IMG/VR virus record: IMGVR_UViG_3300027833_000001
Span: 101,128 to 165,127 of that record
Origin: a virus
DNA: 64,000 nt
Reading direction: 5' to 3' (one strand)
A program made the translations under genes and the position numbers. How positions within the stretch are numbered: the stretch's first letter is position 1; each line of letters begins with the position of its first letter. Under the pieces are notes generated by a model. That model was given only the letters and a program-made list of their open reading frames with translations. It was not told the DNA's origin and did no database searches. Positions 58,329 through 64,000 of the stretch are shown here, piece after piece.

Positions 58329-58705
58329 ATTCATTATTTATTGGTATAATCGTATCGCTAGGTATAGGTGGATACTTTTACTACACCACAACACAAAATG
58401 AATTGATTGAACTCAGAGCATTGAACGCGGCATACGAAACTAAATTTGCCACTCAAGAAAATACCATCAACACGATGGAAGCCCGCTACGAAAATCAATC
58501 CAATGCCATCATCGAAATGGCAGCCAAGAACCAAGAAATAATAGCAGAGCGAGACAGATACTTAGGCATATTCCAGCGACATGACCTCGGAAAACTCGCC
58601 AATGCCAAACCTGGACTAATTGAACCGAGAGTAAACAATGCAACTGAAGACGTATTCCGTAGCTTGGAGGCTGATAGCCTTTTCAAGTTTGATCCTACTC
58701 CTTAA
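58325..58705 (+). CDS. Putative inner-membrane spanin (Rz-like)
   Basis: N-terminal TM followed by coiled coil; overlaps lipoprotein gene. Confidence 0.6.
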   Translation: MNSLFIGIIVSLGIGGYFYYTTTQNELIELRALNAAYETKFATQENTINTMEARYENQSNAIIEMAAKNQEIIAERDRYLGIFQRHDLGKLANAKPGLIEPRVNNATEDVFRSLEADSLFKFDPTP

Positions 58706-59141
58706 CGGGTGTAGTTTAATACCGCAACCACCAAGGGAAGTGGTTATAAAAACGGTAGAGATCAAAACTCCTATAAAGCAACCTCTCATGCCGCAAGCGA
58801 TTGCCATGAAAGATCCACACTGGTATGTGGTATCTGATAAGAATATCGAGGAGTTTACAAAAAGAATTAAAAAAGAAACTGGTGGTGTATTTTTTGCCAT
58901 GACGCCAGGTGACTATGAATTGATGGCATACAATCTTCAAGAGATTAAAAGATTTGTAAAAGAAACCAAGGAAGTGATCGTATATTATAGAACTGTGACT
59001 TTAACTGATGAACAATTGGATATTATAAACAAGCCTGAGGAGACAACTCCTAAAAAGAGTTCCTTCTTAGATGTATTCAAAGGAAAAGACACAGATGAGC
59101 GAACAGAAAGTAACAGTGGACAAGACAGTAACAACGAGTGA
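58638..59141 (+). CDS. Putative outer-membrane spanin lipoprotein (Rz1-like)
   Basis: Lipobox LLLNGC followed by Pro-rich segment. Confidence 0.6.
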   Translation: MQLKTYSVAWRLIAFSSLILLLNGCSLIPQPPREVVIKTVEIKTPIKQPLMPQAIAMKDPHWYVVSDKNIEEFTKRIKKETGGVFFAMTPGDYELMAYNLQEIKRFVKETKEVIVYYRTVTLTDEQLDIINKPEETTPKKSSFLDVFKGKDTDERTESNSGQDSNNE

Positions 59142-59487
59142 TCAAGGAACTGCAAGAGTAGATAGCAGAGGTTACCGAACTGTAGAAGGCTTAGAAGATG
59201 CCGATACAAATGGTGATGGACACATCAATAATGGTGAGTTAGCAATGCACCTAGAGTTTAAGCGCAAAGAACTTGAAGATCAAGATGCAATGCGCGATGC
59301 TCAAAGAAAGATGGCATGGTTTGCTTTAGTGGGTATGTTACTATATCCTTTCGCAGTAGTACTGGCTTCATTAGCTGGACTTAACGAAGCGCAAGCAACA
59401 CTTGGTAGTATGGCTCCTACATATTTTGTAGCAGTAGCCGGTATCGTAGCCGCATTCTTTGGTGCTCAAGCGTTTAGTAAAAAATAG
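59095..59487 (+). CDS. Holin-like two-TM protein with EF-hand motif
   Basis: DTNGDGHINNGE loop; two C-terminal hydrophobic helices; basic tail. Confidence 0.5.
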   Translation: MSEQKVTVDKTVTTSDQGTARVDSRGYRTVEGLEDADTNGDGHINNGELAMHLEFKRKELEDQDAMRDAQRKMAWFALVGMLLYPFAVVLASLAGLNEAQATLGSMAPTYFVAVAGIVAAFFGAQAFSKK

Positions 59488-59678
59488 TGGATGCAATAGA
59501 TAGTATCTCACCCGTATCAGCTACATCATATACAACAAAGAAAGTAGTTAAGCAAGTATATGATGCAGGAGAGGGCAACGTAAAGGTTGTCCAAGACACG
59601 TACCTTGTCACTACATACAATGCACAAGGATATCTTAACACAGTTACAACTTCACATAGAGTAGACTACATAGCATAA
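59487..59678 (+). CDS. Hypothetical protein
   Basis: 63 aa, coupled to upstream stop. Confidence 0.55.
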   Translation: MDAIDSISPVSATSYTTKKVVKQVYDAGEGNVKVVQDTYLVTTYNAQGYLNTVTTSHRVDYIA

Positions 59679-59682
59679 TATT

Positions 59683-60837
59683 ATGGATCAAAAAATTATA
59701 GATATTCTCAGCCGCGAGACAAAACGGCAAGACAATACAATTGAACTCATAGCAAGTGAAAACTACGCCAGCAAAGCAGTAATGGAATTAAGCGGAAGTA
59801 TATTTACAAATAAGTATGCTGAAGGTTATCCAGGTAAACGATATTATAATGGTTGCGACCACATGGATGAAATTGAAACCATGGCAATCGAAGAAGTTAC
59901 TAAACTGTTTGGTTGTAACTTTGCCAATGTGCAACCCCATTGTGGCGCCAATGCCAACACCGCGGTATACCAAGCATTTCTACAACCTGGTGATAAAATA
60001 CTAGGTATGGATTTAGCAAGCGGTGGACATTTAAGTCATGGAAGCCCTCCAAATATATCAGGTAAGATTTATGATGCATACACCTATGGTGTTGAAGAGA
60101 ATGGCTTAATTAACTATGATGAAGTTTTGATGTTAGCAGAACGTCATAAACCTAAAATGATTGTTGCCGGTGCTAGTGCATACCCTAGACAAATCGACTG
60201 GAAAGCGTTTAGAGAAATTGCTGACTCAGTTGGTGCATTGTTGTTGGTAGATATGGCACACTATTCTGGTCTCGTAGCAGGCAATTGTTACGATAGTCCT
60301 ATTCAGTATGCTGATATTGTAACAAGTACAACACACAAGACGTTACGTGGTCCTAGAGGTGGTATTATACTGTGGAACAAGAAAGAATATTCCAAACGTA
60401 TTAATAGTGCAATCTTTCCTGGAACACAGGGCGGTCCTTTAATGAATATGATTGCCGCAAAAGCACAATGTTTTGTTGAAGCAAACTCAGAGTCGTTTAC
60501 TCAGTACGCCCATGACGTAGTTGTAAATGCAAAAGCCTTTGCAGAACAACTTACAGCAAATGGATTTGAATGCTTGACAGGCGGCACAGATTCGCATATA
60601 ATACTACTTGATCTAACAAATAGAGGAATCAGTGGAAAAGATGCGGCTGACTTGTTAGAGTTGAATTCAATTACAGTGAACAAAAACGGCATACCAAATG
60701 ACCCTAGAAGTTTTGTAGAGACAAGTGGTATTCGATTGGGTACCGCGGCTGAAACAACTAAGGGACATGATGCTGAATGGTTTAGAAACTTAGCAGATAA
60801 GATTGGAGAAATTCTTGAGCCACTTGAAAGAGAATGA
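59683..60837 (+). CDS. glyA: Serine hydroxymethyltransferase
   Basis: LIASEN, NKYAEGYPG.RYY, GGHLSHG, TTHKTLRGPRGG, FPGTQGGP. Confidence 0.96.
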   Translation: MDQKIIDILSRETKRQDNTIELIASENYASKAVMELSGSIFTNKYAEGYPGKRYYNGCDHMDEIETMAIEEVTKLFGCNFANVQPHCGANANTAVYQAFLQPGDKILGMDLASGGHLSHGSPPNISGKIYDAYTYGVEENGLINYDEVLMLAERHKPKMIVAGASAYPRQIDWKAFREIADSVGALLLVDMAHYSGLVAGNCYDSPIQYADIVTSTTHKTLRGPRGGIILWNKKEYSKRINSAIFPGTQGGPLMNMIAAKAQCFVEANSESFTQYAHDVVVNAKAFAEQLTANGFECLTGGTDSHIILLDLTNRGISGKDAADLLELNSITVNKNGIPNDPRSFVETSGIRLGTAAETTKGHDAEWFRNLADKIGEILEPLERE

Positions 60838-60973
60838 CGTAACATATTTCCAACATTTAAGATTTGCATGGGGAGTTGCATTCGTGTTAATTGTCCATGG
60901 TATATTTCCATTCATATGGGAAACCAAAGCAAGCGAGATTCTGTGTAAATCAGCATACTTATTTGAAGAGTAA
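60815..60973 (+). CDS. Small DUF6356-like membrane protein (52 aa, not in ORF track)
   Basis: HLKENDVTYFQHLRFAW...VHGIFPF..ET.AS; GGAG RBS with TTG start. Confidence 0.6.
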   Translation: MSHLKENDVTYFQHLRFAWGVAFVLIVHGIFPFIWETKASEILCKSAYLFEE

Positions 60974-60981
60974 ATTATATA

Positions 60982-61473
60982 ATGGAACATTTTGAAGTAG
61001 ACCTTACTCTACATCCCAATCTAGTCGATCTTCTATGGTCGACACACCGTCAGCGCATCGATGATTACCACAAACATACCGTGGGCGAAGATTACACCAA
61101 TCTAGATATTCTTATCTTAGATCCTAACGAGGCACTAGACACACTAGCCAATAAATTTCCAGTAAGACCAACAAGAATGTCTCTCATGTATGTAGCACCC
61201 AATGCGGTGATAGTACCCCATGTGGATGGAAAAGACTATGGTCGGAATACAGCGGTTGTGTTCCCATTGGTACAAGTCGGCAAATGTTTCGCTCCAACTA
61301 CCCTATATAAAGTTGAGAATGATTCTCATTCGCATTTAGATTATGATAACGCATATGCCTTTTCCACGCAGGTAATGCATGGTGTAGAAAACAATGAAAA
61401 TGAGCGACTGGCACTACAGGTGTGGTTTGAAGAAGATATTGCAACGCTCTATAAACTTATACACATAAAGTGA
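60982..61473 (+). CDS. Cupin/2OG-Fe(II) oxygenase-like protein
   Basis: PHVD ... HGVEN...R facial-triad pattern. Confidence 0.6.
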   Translation: MEHFEVDLTLHPNLVDLLWSTHRQRIDDYHKHTVGEDYTNLDILILDPNEALDTLANKFPVRPTRMSLMYVAPNAVIVPHVDGKDYGRNTAVVFPLVQVGKCFAPTTLYKVENDSHSHLDYDNAYAFSTQVMHGVENNENERLALQVWFEEDIATLYKLIHIK

Positions 61474-61502
61474 AAATATGCGTAAAATAACTCATTTTTT
61501 AC

Positions 61503-61530
61503 TTGACATTACCCTCAATCCTGCTATAAT
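61503..61530 (+). promoter_or_regulatory. Sigma70-like early promoter
   Basis: TTGACA-16-TATAAT with TGn extension. Confidence 0.75.
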
Positions 61531-61561
61531 ACTAGTATAGTTAATGAGAGAGGAAAGATTC

Positions 61562-61933
61562 ATGTTCAAATTATTCCAGATAAATCCCACTAAAGCGCAG
61601 TATGACCGAGTAAACCAGCTTGGTTGGACAGATGCCATGATAGAAATGCCTATAATAGAGGCTGCCCAATCTGTTAAGATGGGTGGTTCTGAAGCGTGGA
61701 ATGAAATCTACGTCAAGCATTACGCTCATGTATCAAACATTGATACGAATGATGCTGAAGAAGCATTCTTATGGCACAACAATCCATATGGTAATCCAGT
61801 ATTTGAGGAAAAGATTGAGCGATTCGCCAGTCAGTACTCTATGTCTGTTGGTGATGTCATCGTGGATGAGTCTGGTAAAGCACTCATTGTCGATGGATGC
61901 GGGTTCAGTGAAGTTACTGGAGAGTTCGTATGA
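61562..61933 (+). CDS. YodL-like hypothetical protein
   Basis: SMSVGDVI motif. Confidence 0.65.
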   Translation: MFKLFQINPTKAQYDRVNQLGWTDAMIEMPIIEAAQSVKMGGSEAWNEIYVKHYAHVSNIDTNDAEEAFLWHNNPYGNPVFEEKIERFASQYSMSVGDVIVDESGKALIVDGCGFSEVTGEFV

Positions 61934-62055
61934 GCAATCACTATAACGAAGCACTACTAGAACGCCTCTATGAAGAGGCTCTAGATCACGGTATGTCTGA
62001 CGAAGAAGCGACAGAGTATGCCTACGATGAGTTCGAAAAGAGGGCTTTTGCATGA
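61930..62055 (+). CDS. Small acidic hypothetical protein (41 aa, not in ORF track)
   Basis: MSNHYNEALLERLYEE...; ATGA overlaps at both ends. Confidence 0.6.
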   Translation: MSNHYNEALLERLYEEALDHGMSDEEATEYAYDEFEKRAFA

Positions 62056-62249
62056 TCCAGATGCTTCAGGAAGTCACTGATTGGGGTTGTGAGCGTATAG
62101 CAAATGGCATATATCATGTCAATGATAGTGGTCAGTTAGTTGCATACCAAGCACCAGGCGGCACTGTACAGCGATTCAAATCGCCCATGAAACAGTATAG
62201 TAAAGCAAGACGCAAATTTGTTAAAGTAGGAGAATACGAGAATGGATAA
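62052..62249 (+). CDS. Hypothetical protein
   Basis: LQEVTDW...F...RRKF pattern. Confidence 0.65.
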   Translation: MIQMLQEVTDWGCERIANGIYHVNDSGQLVAYQAPGGTVQRFKSPMKQYSKARRKFVKVGEYENG

Positions 62250-62436
62250 AAGGCATGGTAGTGCATATGATCGTGGTTCAGCAGATAGCCACTACGGTCG
62301 TCCAAAAAATCCACATTACTATACGGGTGCAACATATGCATCCGCTCTGGTAGAGGAACACCAAATGAGTCCTGCTGAGATTGAATCATATCTCAAAGGG
62401 TACGAAGAAGAAGATTTACAAAAAGAATTCGGATAA
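62242..62436 (+). CDS. Hypothetical protein
   Basis: HGS.YDRGSADS.YGR..PHY pattern. Confidence 0.7.
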   Translation: MDKRHGSAYDRGSADSHYGRPKNPHYYTGATYASALVEEHQMSPAEIESYLKGYEEEDLQKEFG

Positions 62437-62439
62437 TAT

Positions 62440-63201
62440 ATGCATCTAGCAATCATTGGTTGTGGTTTCGTAGGCAGTACTTATAAGAAAGTTTTAAGTG
62501 AGAGACACCAGATTCATGTTGTTGATCCGGGCATAAATAATAATAAGATAACAGACCATTCAACGTATGATGGTATTATCTTATGTTTGCCTACTCCATC
62601 AAATGATGATGGATCGTGTGATTACTCCGCAATTGTCGATGTAATCGAGCAGATAGAAGACACAACAATTCCAATACTTATTAAGAGTACTATAAATATA
62701 GAGTGTTGGCAGTATATTGAAAAGAACTTTTCAAACCCATTTACATTCTCACCTGAATTTTTGCGACAAGCCTACGCAAGAAAAGATATCAGAGAAAATA
62801 AAAGAATAATATTTGCTGGAAATAATTCACATTTTTGGTGGAAAGTGTTCTATGTTTGTAGCGATTTTACATATAAAGAGTATTGTCATACCACAGATGT
62901 AGAAGAAGTTATTCTTACTAAATATGCAATCAACGCATTTTTAGCAACAAAAGTAGCATGGTTTAACCAGCTATATGATTTTTGTGAAGAACATGGATTA
63001 GACTATGAAAAGGTCAGAAATCACGTATCATCTGACAACAGAATTGGACCAAGTCACACGAAAGTAACTGAAGAACGTGGATTTGGGGGTGCGTGTTTTC
63101 CAAAAGACACTTTAGCACTCATGGAAATGGCGAATCATACAGATACGCTATCAATACTAGATTGTGCCATAGGGTACAATGACACGATTAGATCCTCGTA
63201 G
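62440..63201 (+). CDS. UDP-glucose/GDP-mannose dehydrogenase family (short form)
   Basis: GCGFVG, CLPTP, KST, SPEFLR, GFGGACFPKD. Confidence 0.85.
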   Translation: MHLAIIGCGFVGSTYKKVLSERHQIHVVDPGINNNKITDHSTYDGIILCLPTPSNDDGSCDYSAIVDVIEQIEDTTIPILIKSTINIECWQYIEKNFSNPFTFSPEFLRQAYARKDIRENKRIIFAGNNSHFWWKVFYVCSDFTYKEYCHTTDVEEVILTKYAINAFLATKVAWFNQLYDFCEEHGLDYEKVRNHVSSDNRIGPSHTKVTEERGFGGACFPKDTLALMEMANHTDTLSILDCAIGYNDTIRSS

Positions 63202-63268
63202 TTCAGCTGGATAGAACAACGGATTTCTAATCCGTAGGTCGTAGGTTCGAATCCTACCGGGGATACCA
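63192..63268 (+). tRNA. tRNA-Arg (anticodon TCT)
   Basis: Acceptor ATCCTCG/CGGGGAT, anticodon arm ACGGA-TTTCTAA-TCCGT, GTTCGAATC T loop, encoded CCA. Confidence 0.93.
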
Positions 63269-63289
63269 TATTGAAAAAGGATAGATGTA

Positions 63290-63685
63290 ATGACAGATAC
63301 TAATTATAGTATGATACGCAATGCACTATGTACACCAGACGGCACAATATTACGAAGCCGGCACCGACATGATTATGTTACCCACACTGATGCTAACGGC
63401 AACGAGTATATGATCGACGGCGGAATAGACTATGTTCGTTGTAGTGCTAATGGTGATGAAGAAATGCTGGTAGTCACACTTGCAGAACCTCACGAAGAGG
63501 TTAGAGAAGCGTGTGATTGGGGAACATATGGTCTTAACGGAGACCAGCCACTGTCATATATTACATTGTGTGATATGACTACTGATCACATTGAAGCAGT
63601 CCTAAAAAATGTGTCGTCAATCAATCCAGCAATTAAAATTGCCATGCAGAACGAATTAGAGTATCGCAATGACAATGCCGAATGA
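63290..63685 (+). CDS. Hypothetical protein
   Basis: S.HRHDY...YMIDGG..Y.R, WGTYG..G pattern. Confidence 0.7.
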   Translation: MTDTNYSMIRNALCTPDGTILRSRHRHDYVTHTDANGNEYMIDGGIDYVRCSANGDEEMLVVTLAEPHEEVREACDWGTYGLNGDQPLSYITLCDMTTDHIEAVLKNVSSINPAIKIAMQNELEYRNDNAE

Positions 63686-63878
63686 AAGAAAATGGGCTAT
63701 AGAGAATACTAGAATATTTCTCAGAGATTTGATGGATCCTAAGAAGACACCACGAGTTCCAAGTGCTGTAAGAAAAGAAGCATATCGGTGCCTCAAGCAT
63801 TATCCTGGTGATTACTATATGGAAAAAGCGGCTGAACAGGCACCTAACATATTTGGAGATTGGGATAGTGGACTATAG
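63669..63878 (+). CDS. Hypothetical protein
   Basis: MTMP.ER...TPRVP..VR..A..CLKHYP pattern. Confidence 0.7.
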   Translation: MTMPNERKWAIENTRIFLRDLMDPKKTPRVPSAVRKEAYRCLKHYPGDYYMEKAAEQAPNIFGDWDSGL

Positions 63879-64000
63879 TCCAGACAGTTGGGTAGTGTTA
63901 AAAGTTAAAGAAGGTAAAGGCACATTCCCGTTCTATAAAGTTCTAGCAGGTTGGAGTGGTGGTTACTTGGATGGCTCCTCATGGAGAATGAATAGTGGTA
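63868..64000 (+). CDS. Hypothetical protein (3' truncated by window edge)
   Basis: Y.PD.WVVLK...YKVLAGWSGGYLDG.SWRMNSG; GTG start. Confidence 0.65.
   Translation, partial: MDYSPDSWVVLKVKEGKGTFPFYKVLAGWSGGYLDGSSWRMNSG

Noticed and set aside
29265-60837. Host chromosomal contamination or prophage flank (iscU, fabF-like, glyA, def)
   Set aside because: Each gene is interleaved with, and often overlaps, phage genes and has similar composition
1-64000. Numerous short minus-strand and alternative-frame ORFs in the track (e.g. 13380-13718, 15254-15655, 40969-41370, 60501-60911, 8697-9116)
   Set aside because: They are shadows of well-supported genes, with no RBS or recognisable motifs
1-64000. 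CRISPR array, rRNA, integrase, transposase, reverse transcriptase/DGR
   Set aside because: No repeat-spacer structure or diagnostic motifs seen
1-64000. Stop-codon reassignment
   Set aside because: Core genes are full length in code 11; TAA, TAG and TGA all occur as real stops; no suppressor tRNA in the window

Overview
64 kb from a lytic T4-like myophage. It is AT-rich, probably marine or aquatic with a proteobacterial host (inferred), and resembles pelagiphage HTVC008M/cyanomyophage organisation. Order: truncated VrlC-like virion protein and tail-associated proteins; a glycosyltransferase/methyltransferase island with five genes inverted to the minus strand; modular tail-fibre-like genes; gp13-gp23 head/neck/tail module; iscU/iscA; gp3, uvsY, uvsW, gp55, gp47/46; deformylase; ClpP-like protease; a CobT/CobS-like VWA-AAA pair; a FabF-like ketosynthase; gp45/44/62, regA, hsp20, gp43, uvsX, gp41; a spanin/holin-like cassette; glyA; a UDP-glucose dehydrogenase-like gene; and tRNA-Arg(TCT). 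Many TATAAATA late promoters and sigma70-like early promoters are visible. The most striking unexplained signal is a perfect 15-bp intergenic hairpin at 45470-45528. Its CU-rich loop is exactly complementary (8-12 nt) to the GA-rich ribosome-binding regions of four phage genes, three of them directly behind early promoters, making it a candidate multi-target anti-RBS small RNA. Related observations are IHF-consensus sites and inverted repeats enclosing early -35 boxes, an antisense promoter upstream of gp55, and a ROSE-like thermometer before hsp20. All calls come from motif recognition by eye; no database searches were run.
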